DNA from: a virus
Strand: one strand, 5' to 3'
DNA: 64,000 bases
IMG/VR virus record: IMGVR_UViG_3300030107_004520
Span: 4,092-68,091 of that record
Of the stretch, positions 1-10,600 are shown piece by piece (positions within the stretch are counted from its first letter, which is position 1; the number at the start of each line of letters is the position of its first letter). A program made the position numbers and the translations under genes. Below the pieces are notes generated by a model. That model made no database searches. It was not told where the DNA came from and saw nothing but the letters and a program-made list of their open reading frames with translations.

Positions 1-33
1 GAGGTACCTTATAATAAATTAAAATGTAATAAA

Positions 34-672
34 ATGAAAATAAACGTAACAGAACAAACAACAACATTTCCATGTCCTGTAAATAAACTCAAAGGGCAAT
101 TAATGGATAATATGGGTTTGCGTTGGGAAACAGAACACGGAGATTGTGCTATTACAAATAAATCTGTGGACTGGATAATGCTTAATGCTAAAGAATCTAT
201 GTATAATAAAAATAGATGCTATATATATAATAAAGCTTTCGCTAGATACTTTGAAAATAATGATGCCCATGAACTAGCACACTTACATTGGAGAGACCAA
301 TACAATGGTAAAACTAAAACTGGGGCTTTATACCCAACAGGCGTTAGAGAAACGTGTGACAGAGAAGATTGTTTAAACCCATCTCAGTTTGATTTAATTA
401 GAGACTGGGCTAAACAAAGAGGATTATATGATAAAGGTGATCCTAAAACTCAAGCTTTAAAATTAGTTGAAGAAGTTGGCGAAACATCTAGAGCAATACT
501 TAAAGGTAATCATGAAGATATTATCGATGGTATAGGTGATTGCGTGGTTGTATTAACAAACCTAGCTGAACTAGTAAATACACCAATTGAAGAATGTACT
601 GCTAGAGCTTATAACGAAATTAAAAATAGAAAAGGTAAAATGGATAACGGAACATTTAAAAAAGATGAATAA
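34..672 (+). CDS. MazG-like nucleotide pyrophosphohydrolase with N-terminal extension
   Basis: C-terminal QALKLVEEVGE...IIDGIGDCVVVL...AYNEIKNRKG is a typical phage MazG-like helical motif. Confidence 0.8.
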   Translation: MKINVTEQTTTFPCPVNKLKGQLMDNMGLRWETEHGDCAITNKSVDWIMLNAKESMYNKNRCYIYNKAFARYFENNDAHELAHLHWRDQYNGKTKTGALYPTGVRETCDREDCLNPSQFDLIRDWAKQRGLYDKGDPKTQALKLVEEVGETSRAILKGNHEDIIDGIGDCVVVLTNLAELVNTPIEECTARAYNEIKNRKGKMDNGTFKKDE

Positions 673-934
673 AAAAGAAATTAAATTTAGAGACCCTGTG
701 GTTGAAAGAGTCGTAGATAAATTCGTATCTAGGTCAGACGTTGGCTTTAAAAAATACGGAACCACATTACATCAAGAACGTACAACCAAACTAAAAGGCC
801 TTTTAAAATATCTACAAGATATACAAGAAGAACTTATGGATGCTGTGTTATATATACAGACAGCACGTGAAGAGTTGGAGGATAACTACACGTACCCTGA
901 ATTTGTAAAAAGACACTATGAAAAGAAAGATTAA
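665..934 (+). CDS. Conserved phage hypothetical protein (possible all-alpha NTP pyrophosphatase-like)
   Basis: RSDVGFKKYGTTL...QEELMDAVLY; likely start is ATG 665, overlapping the previous gene end. Confidence 0.6.
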   Translation: MNKKEIKFRDPVVERVVDKFVSRSDVGFKKYGTTLHQERTTKLKGLLKYLQDIQEELMDAVLYIQTAREELEDNYTYPEFVKRHYEKKD

Positions 935-1358
935 AAGAAAAAGAGGTCCTGTTAGAAGTAAAAAAGTTACTTTTGACGGGATCCAATTCGCTTCTGGTTT
1001 AGAGAAGTATATGTATATGGCTCTTAAAAAAGCTAAGATCAAAGCTAAATACGAAGGGCAAACATATATACTACAAGAAGGGTTTATGTTTGATAATAGA
1101 TCATACGAAAGACAAAGCAACGGTAAAGGTGAAATGGTAAATAGAGGTTGTAAAAAGATATTACCTATAAAATATACACCTGATTTCGTAAGTACCTCAT
1201 TTATAATAGAATGTAAAGGTAGAGCAAACGAAAGCTTCCCATTACGTTGGAAAATGTTTAAAAATTACATTAATAAACATATGAAACATGTAACCTTATA
1301 TAAACCTCAGAATCAGAAGGAATGTGACGAAGTAATTAATTTAATATTGAGCAAATGA
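918..1358 (+). CDS. T7 endonuclease I-like PD-(D/E)XK nuclease / resolvase
   Basis: FASGLE...YTPDF...IIECKG motif. Confidence 0.75.
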   Translation: MKRKIKRKRGPVRSKKVTFDGIQFASGLEKYMYMALKKAKIKAKYEGQTYILQEGFMFDNRSYERQSNGKGEMVNRGCKKILPIKYTPDFVSTSFIIECKGRANESFPLRWKMFKNYINKHMKHVTLYKPQNQKECDEVINLILSK

Positions 1359-3226
1359 ACGAATTAAATCAAAAAATACTTTCGGACATTACAGTATACA
1401 TGAAGTATGCTAAATACATTCCGGAATTAAATCGACGAGAAACTTGGGAAGAACTTGTAACCAGAAACAAGGAAATGCATCAAAAGAGGTATCCCGAGCT
1501 ATACAATGCGATTGAGGAGAACTATAGATTTGTCTATAAGAAAAAAGTTCTACCATCAATGCGCTCACTTCAATTTTCTGGTAAACCAATTGAAATTTCA
1601 CCAAATAGATTATATAATTGTAGCTATCTACCGATAGATCACGTTGACTCGTTCAGTGAAACTATGTTTCTACTGTTATCGGGTTGTGGTGTCGGGTACT
1701 CTGTACAAAAGCACCATGTAGACAAGCTACCGCATATAACTAAACCTTTTGAAGGAAGAACTAGACGTTTTGTTATCGGTGATAGTATAGAAGGTTGGTC
1801 AGACGCGGTAAAGGTATTAATCAAGTCTTATCTAGGTCAAAAGAGACAATCTAAGATAAAGTTTGATTATTCTGATATTAGACCTAAGGGAGCACGTCTC
1901 GTGACTTCTGGTGGTAAAGCTCCAGGACCACAACCTCTTAAAGAATGTTTAGTAAAAATTAAAGGAATATTATATGCGAAAAAAGATGGAACGAAACTGT
2001 CCACGTTGGAAGTCCATGACATCGTCTGCCATATTGCGGATGCTGTATTGGCTGGGGGAATTCGACGTGCCGCCCTCATATCGTTATTCTCGGCGTACGA
2101 CGAAGAAATGATATCCTGTAAATCAGGAAATTGGTGGGAACAAAACCCTCAAAGAGGTAGAGCTAATAACTCTGCCGTATTAATGAGACACAAAATAACA
2201 AAGAAGTTTTTCTTAGATTTGTGGAAACGTATTGAATTATCCGGAGCTGGCGAGCCTGGCATATATTTTAACCACGATAAAGATTGGGGAACTAATCCAT
2301 GTTGTGAAATTGCGTTAAGGCCGTATCAGTTCTGTAACCTGTGTGAAGTTAATGTAAGTGACGTCACAGACCAAGAAGATTTGAACGAACGCGTAAAAGC
2401 AGCAGCCTTCATTGGAACGCTTCAAGCAGGTTATACGGAATTCCACTATCTAAGAGAAATATGGCAAGAGACTACAGAAAAAGATGCTCTTATAGGAGTG
2501 TCAATGACTGGTATCGCTTCAAAAAAAGTATTGAAGTTAGATATGAAGAAAGCCGCAAGCGTTGTTAAACGTGAAAATACTAGAATAGCTAAATTAATAG
2601 GTATTAATAAAGCAGCTAGAACTACTTGCGTAAAGCCTGCAGGGACTACATCTCTAGTATTAGGTACTTCTTCTGGTATACACGCTTGGCATAACGATTA
2701 TTATATACGTAGACTACGTGTAGGAAAGAACGAGTCTATATATAATTATCTTTTAGCTTATCATAAAGATTTGATAAAAGATGAATACTTTAGACCTCAT
2801 GACACCGCTGTTATTGAAATACCACAATCAGCACCTAAAGGTTCTATATTAAGAACTGAATCTGCTTTTGACTTATTAAAACGAGTTAAAACAGTTGCAA
2901 CCGAATGGGTTAAACCAGGTCATAGATCTGGATCAAATACTCACAATGTATCTGCAACAATAAGCTTGAAAGAAGATGAGTGGGATAAAGCTGGTGAGTG
3001 GATGTGGAAAAACAGAGACTGTTATAACGGTCTATCAGTTCTACCTTACGACGGTGGAACTTATACTCAAGCTCCTTTTGAAGATATAACTAAAGAGAAG
3101 TTTGAGGAATTAGTTAAATCTTTACATGAAGTAAATTTAACACATGTAATGGAAGAGACTGATAATACTGATCTATCTGGTGAATTAGCTTGTGCCGGTG
3201 GATCTTGCGAAATAACAAGCTTATAA
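1355..3226 (+). CDS. nrdJ: Class II (B12-dependent) ribonucleotide reductase, monomeric type
   Basis: TNPCCEI catalytic loop, CNLCEV, TCVKPAGTTS, C-terminal ACAGGSCEI; no beta-subunit gene adjacent. Confidence 0.9.
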   Translation: MNELNQKILSDITVYMKYAKYIPELNRRETWEELVTRNKEMHQKRYPELYNAIEENYRFVYKKKVLPSMRSLQFSGKPIEISPNRLYNCSYLPIDHVDSFSETMFLLLSGCGVGYSVQKHHVDKLPHITKPFEGRTRRFVIGDSIEGWSDAVKVLIKSYLGQKRQSKIKFDYSDIRPKGARLVTSGGKAPGPQPLKECLVKIKGILYAKKDGTKLSTLEVHDIVCHIADAVLAGGIRRAALISLFSAYDEEMISCKSGNWWEQNPQRGRANNSAVLMRHKITKKFFLDLWKRIELSGAGEPGIYFNHDKDWGTNPCCEIALRPYQFCNLCEVNVSDVTDQEDLNERVKAAAFIGTLQAGYTEFHYLREIWQETTEKDALIGVSMTGIASKKVLKLDMKKAASVVKRENTRIAKLIGINKAARTTCVKPAGTTSLVLGTSSGIHAWHNDYYIRRLRVGKNESIYNYLLAYHKDLIKDEYFRPHDTAVIEIPQSAPKGSILRTESAFDLLKRVKTVATEWVKPGHRSGSNTHNVSATISLKEDEWDKAGEWMWKNRDCYNGLSVLPYDGGTYTQAPFEDITKEKFEELVKSLHEVNLTHVMEETDNTDLSGELACAGGSCEITSL

Positions 3227-3240
3227 CTAAAACAATTATT

Positions 3241-3672
3241 ATGAACAAATTATTTTTAACAATGGCCTTAGCTTTCTCAACTATGATTGCTTCTGCTCAG
3301 TATCAAGTTATGACTACAATTACATCTACAGAAGATGAAGCTGGAGAAACAACTTACAATGCTACAGATAAAATCGGAGTTGGTTATCTAGTAAATGACA
3401 AACTTATGGTTGGTCTTACTTTAGATGGTGAAGATAAATACGAAGTTGTAGGTCGTTATGCGTTAATGAATGGAGTTTGGGGTACATGCGTATATAATTA
3501 CGATGCTGATTCCGATGCTGAATTAATGGATAAAGTAGAACTTGGTTTAGGATATTCTTTTAAAGTTTGGAATAACTTATATGTTGATCCAAATTACACA
3601 ATGCCTCTTAAAGAAGATGCAGATGGTAATAGAGAAGGCTCTTTAAACTTAAGTGTATCGTACAAATTTTAA
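3241..3672 (+). CDS. Outer-membrane beta-barrel protein
   Basis: Signal peptide MNKLFLTMALAFSTMIASA|Q, alternating amphipathic strands, C-terminal VSYKF (BAM-type beta-signal). Confidence 0.7.
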   Translation: MNKLFLTMALAFSTMIASAQYQVMTTITSTEDEAGETTYNATDKIGVGYLVNDKLMVGLTLDGEDKYEVVGRYALMNGVWGTCVYNYDADSDAELMDKVELGLGYSFKVWNNLYVDPNYTMPLKEDADGNREGSLNLSVSYKF

Positions 3673-3695
3673 TTATTAACTAAAAGAAAATAAAA

Positions 3696-3920
3696 ATGGA
3701 AAAAGTAATGAATTATTTAACAGGATTTTTAGGAGGATTAATGGCTATTATGATGGCTATCTTTCCTGTAACGATTATGTGGTACGTGTTAACAGGTACC
3801 AATGTATTCGGTATGGACGTTATTGCTAATTTAACTAGTCTAATTAATGACTTCGCAAATGGAGGATTTGTTGGTTTAGTATTGTTAGTTATTGTAATGT
3901 CTTTCTTCGTTAAAAAGTAA
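3696..3920 (+). CDS. Small two-TM membrane protein
   Basis: Two long hydrophobic segments and a KK C-terminus. Confidence 0.65.
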   Translation: MEKVMNYLTGFLGGLMAIMMAIFPVTIMWYVLTGTNVFGMDVIANLTSLINDFANGGFVGLVLLVIVMSFFVKK

Positions 3921-3951
3921 TTAAATATATTAACTTAAATTAAATTAAATT

Positions 3952-4149
3952 ATGGAAGATAATCCAATTTACGAATCGTATAAACGATTAGAGCAAATCA
4001 TAGTAAACTCAACAATTGATGCCGATAAGTTTGTTAACGGTAATAATTCCGCAGGAACGCGGGTTAGAAAAGCAATGCAGGAAGTTAAAAAGATTGCTCA
4101 GGAAATAAGGTTAGAAGTTCAAGAACAAAAGAGCTCCGTACCTGTTTAA
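3952..4149 (+). CDS. Histone H1-like (Hc1-family) protein
   Basis: DADKF..GNNSAGTRVRKAMQEVKK.AQEIR motif. Confidence 0.75.
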   Translation: MEDNPIYESYKRLEQIIVNSTIDADKFVNGNNSAGTRVRKAMQEVKKIAQEIRLEVQEQKSSVPV

Positions 4150-4155
4150 AATAAT

Positions 4156-4188
4156 AAAGGGGGTAACGAAAGTTACTCCCTTTTTTTT
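4156..4188. terminator. Intrinsic terminator, probably bidirectional, at the convergence of the + and - blocks
   Basis: AAAGGGGGTAAC-GAAA-GTTACTCCCTTTTTTTT hairpin with a T tract. Confidence 0.85.
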
Positions 4189-4264
4189 ATATTGCTATCA
4201 CAAAGATAGTGATCATAATTACCACATATATTAATGGGCTAAGATCTGTTTTATTTGTTTCCAT
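4187..4264 (-). CDS. 25-aa single-TM peptide
   Basis: Hand-translated METNKTDLSPLIYVVIMITIFVIAI*; below the ORF-track cutoff. Confidence 0.5.
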   Translation of the reverse strand: METNKTDLSPLIYVVIMITIFVIAI

Positions 4265-4320
4265 ACATAAATAATCACTAAAAAAAATAGTGAACTAATA
4301 TATATTACACTAAATAATTG

Positions 4321-4587
4321 TTAATTTTTTGCTTTTGTTTGTTCTTCTGTTAACACGGTAGGTTTTCTAAGTTTTTCCCTATCTTTCTTATGTTGAGCTT
4401 TTATACCAAAAGGATCAGGGTGATTAGTTTGCAACCCTTTCTCTCCTTCTTTCCAAGCAGCTTTATATTGGTCATAAGTAACATTTTTATTATTTACTTT
4501 ATACCAATAATTAATAGGCTTTACATACTTCTGCTTCATAGGAGAGGTACTAGCCATCATTGGAAATCCCTTCATTTTAAAACTCAT
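4321..4587 (-). CDS. Small basic protein with FKMK N-terminal tag
   Basis: MSFKMKGFPMM...SPMK. Confidence 0.6.
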   Translation of the reverse strand: MSFKMKGFPMMASTSPMKQKYVKPINYWYKVNNKNVTYDQYKAAWKEGEKGLQTNHPDPFGIKAQHKKDREKLRKPTVLTEEQTKAKN

Positions 4588-5039
4588 ATTATCATGTATT
4601 TAGTTTTACCATTTTCTTTATATGCTTTTAAGCACCTATTTCTATTATCTTCAGATGACACATAACTAACGTGAACCCAATCAGGATTATCATCATTACC
4701 AAATTCCCATATCATCTGATCAAAATCTAAATTCTCTTTTATGAAATGATACATCTCAGCATTAGTACATCTACCAAAAGTATCATCTATATCCATAGCT
4801 TGACCTTTGCAATGTTGAGATTTACTAGATCCACCAATGGCTTTATTAAGCTCTGGACATCTAAAGAAACTATTTATCTTTATTGGTCCACCAACGTAAG
4901 TTCTTAACGGTTCAAAAACCTCTTCAGCAATCTTCTCCATGCAGCTTAACTGCTCATCGTTTGGAGTATTATCTATACCCTTTCTTGTAGCTGTGTTACT
5001 TCTAACACCTTCTTTATAACTTATGTGTTCACTTATCAT
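4584..5039 (-). CDS. Peptidase M15A-family endolysin
   Basis: INSFFRCPELNKAIGGSSKSQHCKGQAMD...WVHVS (SxHxxGxAxD and HxS Zn ligands). Confidence 0.85.
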   Translation of the reverse strand: MISEHISYKEGVRSNTATRKGIDNTPNDEQLSCMEKIAEEVFEPLRTYVGGPIKINSFFRCPELNKAIGGSSKSQHCKGQAMDIDDTFGRCTNAEMYHFIKENLDFDQMIWEFGNDDNPDWVHVSYVSSEDNRNRCLKAYKENGKTKYMII

Positions 5040-5040
5040 A

Positions 5041-5337
5041 TTATCCTATTATTACATTAACATCTACACCTGTTCCCTGCGTCTGTAGCTTCAAAGCTAG
5101 AACAGCATTATTAAAAGCAACTATATCTTTTATTACTAAAGTTACTCCACCAGGTATATTTAAATCCTCAACAATCGAGCTATCATTCGTACCATCACTT
5201 AAAAATAATCTTATCTTCGCGTCCTCGTCTTGATTACAATTACATATAGATACATAGTTTATACTACCACCGGTAGTATTTGTATCTATCAACGTTGTTG
5301 TTGTTGCACTCGATATATTAAATAATCCGTTTTCCAT
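5041..5337 (-). CDS. Small beta-rich virion-associated protein
   Basis: Composition and position next to fibre-like genes. Confidence 0.5.
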   Translation of the reverse strand: MENGLFNISSATTTTLIDTNTTGGSINYVSICNCNQDEDAKIRLFLSDGTNDSSIVEDLNIPGGVTLVIKDIVAFNNAVLALKLQTQGTGVDVNVIIG

Positions 5338-5349
5338 TTATTTATTTTA

Positions 5350-6756
5350 TTATGCTCCTATTGAACTTAAATCCCACTGCCACAAACAAGTTACATACCA
5401 TTTTGTATTTGCTGTAGCAGTATCATCTTGTATAGACAGATATACCGAATCTCCAGCATCTATAATATTATCTCCACTGTCTAAACTAGAAGTAAAATCA
5501 TAAGTTGTCATGGTAGTGGTATTACACCCAGCTCCTGATTGCGTACCGACCACACTAGGACCCGTACCAAATGTTACTCCAGCTGCCTGCGTTTCTAATC
5601 TCCACGTTAATGTGTGTGTGGTTAAATTTTTATTTGCTTTGAGATATATTCTCATTAACTTACCAGCTAATGGAGCTGTGAATGGTAAATCAATAGCTGT
5701 TGTTGTTGTTCCTTCTGAATCAGCATCAGTTAAACCTAAGTAAGTTTTAGTTGTATCAATATCTGCTGTAAAGTTGTGATATGTAAATTGTAATTGTTTC
5801 GCTGATCTATCAGCATATAGTTTAGTAGCAGCATCACCATCTGCAGTTGGTGTGTCTAACCCAGTAATCTTTTGACTATTCATAGCCAGTGCTGATGTTG
5901 GAGCTGTTAGCTCGTGTACTTTTCTAGACTCAATGTGAGCTTTAACACCAGCTGGAGTAGAAACAAGAGTTGTAGATGTTCCAGTTATTGTTTCAGCATT
6001 AGTAGCTAACTCAACAGCCCCTTTAGCGCTTGATGTCGCGTCTGATAATGCGTATGTTATCTTATCACTAGACCTAGCTATAGTCAACCCTGTTCCAGCC
6101 TCTAATACTATATCATCTGTACCACTACCACTACCACCAGCAGTTAATCTTATTTTTTCTTCATCAGAATTATCGCCATCAACACACGATATACTATAAG
6201 TAGTATTTGTATTAGCATCTAACTCAACTGTAGCCAAACCAGTAACGTGTCCATACGTATCAAGCGTAACATCTTGTATAACACTTGTACCACTATTATC
6301 CACACTAGCCTGTGAAGAAGTATCATCATGGTTAATAGTTAAAGTATCACCACTCATAGCTGAAGTTAAAGCATCACCACCCGCTATAGTAACAGTATCA
6401 CCTAGTGTTATTGCGGTTACACCACTATCTCCAGCTACTCTAAAATCAGATGCTGTTATAGTTAAATCGTACGGATCACCATCAGTACCATTATCTACAT
6501 CTGTCCAGTCGGTTGTTATACCTCCAGCACCTATAATCTTAACCTCTTTACCGTCTGATATAGTTACCTCTGTACCGTCATCGTCCTCTAGCTGGAAAGT
6601 CATATCGTCTCCAGCCCCAGTATTCTTAGTTACCTTCCCATTAGAATCAACAACAAGTATATTAGTCTCTGAAGATGTGTCTAACTTTTCTAAGTATACA
6701 TCATTGCGAAATCTAGATACGAAACTCCATATATGCTGCCCTATCCACTTAATCAT
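5350..6756 (-). CDS. Tail fibre / fibre-like structural protein
   Basis: T/G/D/S-rich; ATSSAKGAVELAT and KITGLDTPTADGDAATKLY fibre-type repeats. Confidence 0.65.
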   Translation of the reverse strand: MIKWIGQHIWSFVSRFRNDVYLEKLDTSSETNILVVDSNGKVTKNTGAGDDMTFQLEDDDGTEVTISDGKEVKIIGAGGITTDWTDVDNGTDGDPYDLTITASDFRVAGDSGVTAITLGDTVTIAGGDALTSAMSGDTLTINHDDTSSQASVDNSGTSVIQDVTLDTYGHVTGLATVELDANTNTTYSISCVDGDNSDEEKIRLTAGGSGSGTDDIVLEAGTGLTIARSSDKITYALSDATSSAKGAVELATNAETITGTSTTLVSTPAGVKAHIESRKVHELTAPTSALAMNSQKITGLDTPTADGDAATKLYADRSAKQLQFTYHNFTADIDTTKTYLGLTDADSEGTTTTAIDLPFTAPLAGKLMRIYLKANKNLTTHTLTWRLETQAAGVTFGTGPSVVGTQSGAGCNTTTMTTYDFTSSLDSGDNIIDAGDSVYLSIQDDTATANTKWYVTCLWQWDLSSIGA

Positions 6757-6765
6757 TTTATTATT

Positions 6766-7209
6766 TTATCCTTTAGTCCAATATCCAAACTCGATCATAA
6801 CCGCCGCAGAACCAGCTTCTACTTTCAAACCTCCAGGTTCAACACCACCATCACTTCCATCAAATTCTAAAAGCGGGAAGAAAGCAAACTCGCTTGGTTG
6901 TAGCTTTATAAAATCATGGTCTCCGTCAGCATTACTTAATCTAATAAAGTCGTTGCTAGCGTGACTAGCAGTTGTACCATCTGAAGCTAATAAGCCCAAG
7001 TGTTTTACATAGACATAAGTTGTAGCCGTAGCATCAGCTTCTGCTATTAGTATTCCAGCACCAGCGCCTAAAGGATCTGCTGCTGATGACACTTTTGATA
7101 TACCAGCTGTAGGAGCTGTTACTGTTAAATCAATTGTGGTAGAAAGACTTAATGCGTCCGTATAAGCGTCTGTACTTGTTATTGTTAATGTCGGTGTTAG
7201 TGTTGCCAT
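6766..7209 (-). CDS. Structural protein, paralog of 7230-7625
   Basis: MATLTPTLTITSTDA...EFAFFP. Confidence 0.55.
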   Translation of the reverse strand: MATLTPTLTITSTDAYTDALSLSTTIDLTVTAPTAGISKVSSAADPLGAGAGILIAEADATATTYVYVKHLGLLASDGTTASHASNDFIRLSNADGDHDFIKLQPSEFAFFPLLEFDGSDGGVEPGGLKVEAGSAAVMIEFGYWTKG

Positions 7210-7229
7210 ATTTTAATTTTTATTTATTA

Positions 7230-7625
7230 TTATACTGCGTATATTATTACCTCTAAACCATTTGTAGCTATCCCCGCTCCATTGTCTCCAGTACTAGCGA
7301 AAAGATCTACTACTCCAGCCCATGGAAACCATGCGAACTCACCAGCCGCTAGCTCCATCCAAGCAGCTGATTCAGCTGTATCTGCTGCAGCCTGTATATG
7401 TATCGTTAGTGATGCGTGATTGTTTTTTAAATATATAAAAGATTTACCTAGATTAGTGTCAAATATCTGAACTCCACCTGGATCTACATCATTTGGTGAG
7501 TACGTTCGACTTAACACAACATCGTTAGCTCCCAATGCTAGTGAATCGGTTACGGACAAGTTTAAAGTTTCACCACTTGTAGCGTCGGTACTTACTAAAG
7601 TTAATGTTGGTACTAATGTTGCCAT
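7230..7625 (-). CDS. Structural protein, paralog of 6766-7209
   Basis: MATLVPTLTLVSTDA...EFAWFP. Confidence 0.55.
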   Translation of the reverse strand: MATLVPTLTLVSTDATSGETLNLSVTDSLALGANDVVLSRTYSPNDVDPGGVQIFDTNLGKSFIYLKNNHASLTIHIQAAADTAESAAWMELAAGEFAWFPWAGVVDLFASTGDNGAGIATNGLEVIIYAV

Positions 7626-7628
7626 AAT

Positions 7629-10600
7629 TTATTTTTTAATTATTTTCTTGTTTATTATTTTGTTTTTATATGTTATTTGTATATTATACACTCCAGGAGT
7701 TAAATAGGAGACATCTAAGACACTTACTCCGTATTCCTGCATGATAACATCCCCCATCATATTGTATACTCTAACATCAACTTTTCTATTTATGTTAATT
7801 TCACCATCTGTTGGGTTTGGGTATATAACTAAGTTGTCCTCTACGTTTCTTGATAATACTGGACCAGTCCAATTATTCTCACAATAATTATATGTTGATT
7901 GGCATATAGTATCCCACTCATTCTCACAACAATAATCATCTACTGAAATAACCCAAGCGTAACAAGGGTCGTTAAGCCAATATGGATCACCCGCACCAGT
8001 AATACAACCAGCATCGTAAAGACAAGAAATGCTATCGTGAACATTAGCAAGTGGATCGTAGTTATACGCTGATTGGTCCATGCAACCGGTAACGATCGTA
8101 ATACACGAACCATTATCCGTATTGGCAAGTGAATCATAGTTAAGAGCTGTAGAATCCATACAACCGTAGATATAAGGGATACAGCTAAAATCTTCTGTAT
8201 TAGCTTGAGGATTATAGTTAAGCATCGATGGATCAGTACAGCCATAAACATAAGGAACGCAGCTATTATTATCAACATTTGCTAAAGGGTTATAATTAAA
8301 CATTGTACTATCTGTACAGCCATATATAGGTAGTATACAACTAAAATCATCTATATTACAACTATCACAATAGTTTAATGCTATTGGATTTGTACACCCA
8401 TAAATAAATGGTATACACGTTCCGTTATCTGTATTTGCCAATGGATCGTAATTAAACATAGTAGAATCCATACATCCATAAACAAATGGTATACAGTTTC
8501 CATTATCAGTGTTAGCCAATGGATTGTAGTTAAACATTGTTGGGTCCATACAGCCGTATATATAAGGTATACAAGAACTGTCATCAACATTAGCACTTGG
8601 GGAATAATTCCACATAGTAGAATCTGTACATCCGTAGTTAACACCTATACAAGAGCCATCATCTGTATTAGCTAGTGGATCATAGTTTATAGCTATAGAG
8701 CTCATACAGCCATATATTACAGGTATGCAAGTGTCTGAAGTATTTGCATTAGGGTTGTAGTTAAACGCTAAAGGTTGCATACATCCAGTTATTACTGGTA
8801 CACATCCACCATTACTAATATTAGCTAAAGGGTCATAGTTAAATGCAGTCGAATCAGTACAACCCCAAACTACTAATGTTGAACAACTTCCGTCATCTAT
8901 ATCAGCATTATACCCTTGAATGTAATATTGCAAATAACCAGGATTAGTACAACCAGGACTATAATAGCAAGTATCGTTGGTATTAGCTAGTTCGTTATAA
9001 TTATAAGCAGTAGTATCCATACAACCCATAACTACAGGTATACACTCATTACCACAATAAGGTTGTGCTTCGTATATATCTAAAGCGCTTCTATAATTTC
9101 TTAATTTATTTTCATTTGGACCAGGCCAAGGATTATTACCTTCATATATTATAGTTCCAAAATCATTTTCTACTTTAAAAGAGTTTTGTATTGTTTGTAT
9201 ATCTAACTGTTGAGGATTCTGTTGAGGTGTAGGTATTTCAAAGTAGTAAAAATATACCTCATCATTAGAATTAAGTGTTAATGCAAACGTATCAGAATAT
9301 ACATTATTTTGATCTATTTTAAATTGCCATAAAGAATCTCCTTGTTCTACACCTAACCAGCAAGCTCCCCACGAATCACCACCATCATCATATAATATTA
9401 AATCATAAGTACAAGGTGAGGTTAGTAACATTCTATCTGCTGTAGGATCATAGTTAAAAGCCATAGAATCTACACACCCATAAGTGGCTAATGTCATACA
9501 ACTACCATCATCAATCGTAGCTAGAGGATTATACTCTATATAGCTAGGTGTCGTACACCCATATATTATAGTATCATTATTACACGTGTCAGATACATAA
9601 GGATTAGACGATGCTGTATATCCAAAGTTTGGTGGGTTTAATAAAAACAATGTATCTTCACAATCTAAATTTGTTACTAAGCAACTACCAACTACAGATC
9701 CACCACCAATACCATCACCATACGTATCGTTAATAGTGAATACTATTGTATCACTTACAGGTATACAAACTTGTGTGTGTATTGTTTGTCCTGTCTGTGT
9801 ATAATCATAAGTTCCAGAAGGAACAGAATATATTACATTACCATTAGCTATTACTTCCCAAGATGTCTCACTAGGCCAGTTATCTAGTTTTATAGCCACA
9901 TCAATTAAAGATTGAGTTGTATCACAAGAAACCTCTTGTACACAACTACCATCATCTACGTTAGCCCAAGGATTGTAATTAGTTGCTGTAGGATCTATAC
10001 ATCCAAAATAATAAATACAACTACCATCGCTATGAGTTGCTAATGGGTTGTAGTTAGAAGAAACATTATCAGTACAACCGTATATAACTGTAAATGGATC
10101 ACTAACCATTATATCATCTATAGCTATATCACTATAAAACGAACTACCTGTTGTAGCTATAAAAACTACTTTAAACGAATCTACAGCAGCTATAGGATAA
10201 TAAGCAAACTTCCATTGATCTCCTTGGTTACCAGATATAATACCTAATGATGTATATCCATTAGCATCTATATAACCCGCTTCCAAATCTCCCATAGTTG
10301 AACCATACATGTGATACCAGAAAGATAATACTTTACCTGGTGTTTGTGATATATCAAATGTAGGTGTGTATGATACAAATGTTTGATATGGAAAACCTAT
10401 ACCATTTGTAGAGGCTTCTGCATAGTAGTATATACCATTACCATAGGTATGATCTCCTTGTGGTCCTGTCATTTGAGAACTCGTTGGCCCTTGCATTAAC
10501 CACCAATCTCTATCATTAGTTGGATCTTGTTCTAAACCTACTATATTTTCAAAATTATGAACCCATGGAAAACTATTTATAGTTTGTCCAAAACTAAATA

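Noticed and set aside
8030-9050. DNA repeat array or DGR target
   Set aside because: The repeats are degenerate, in-frame Cys-rich protein repeats; no reverse transcriptase or adenine-specific TR/VR pair was seen
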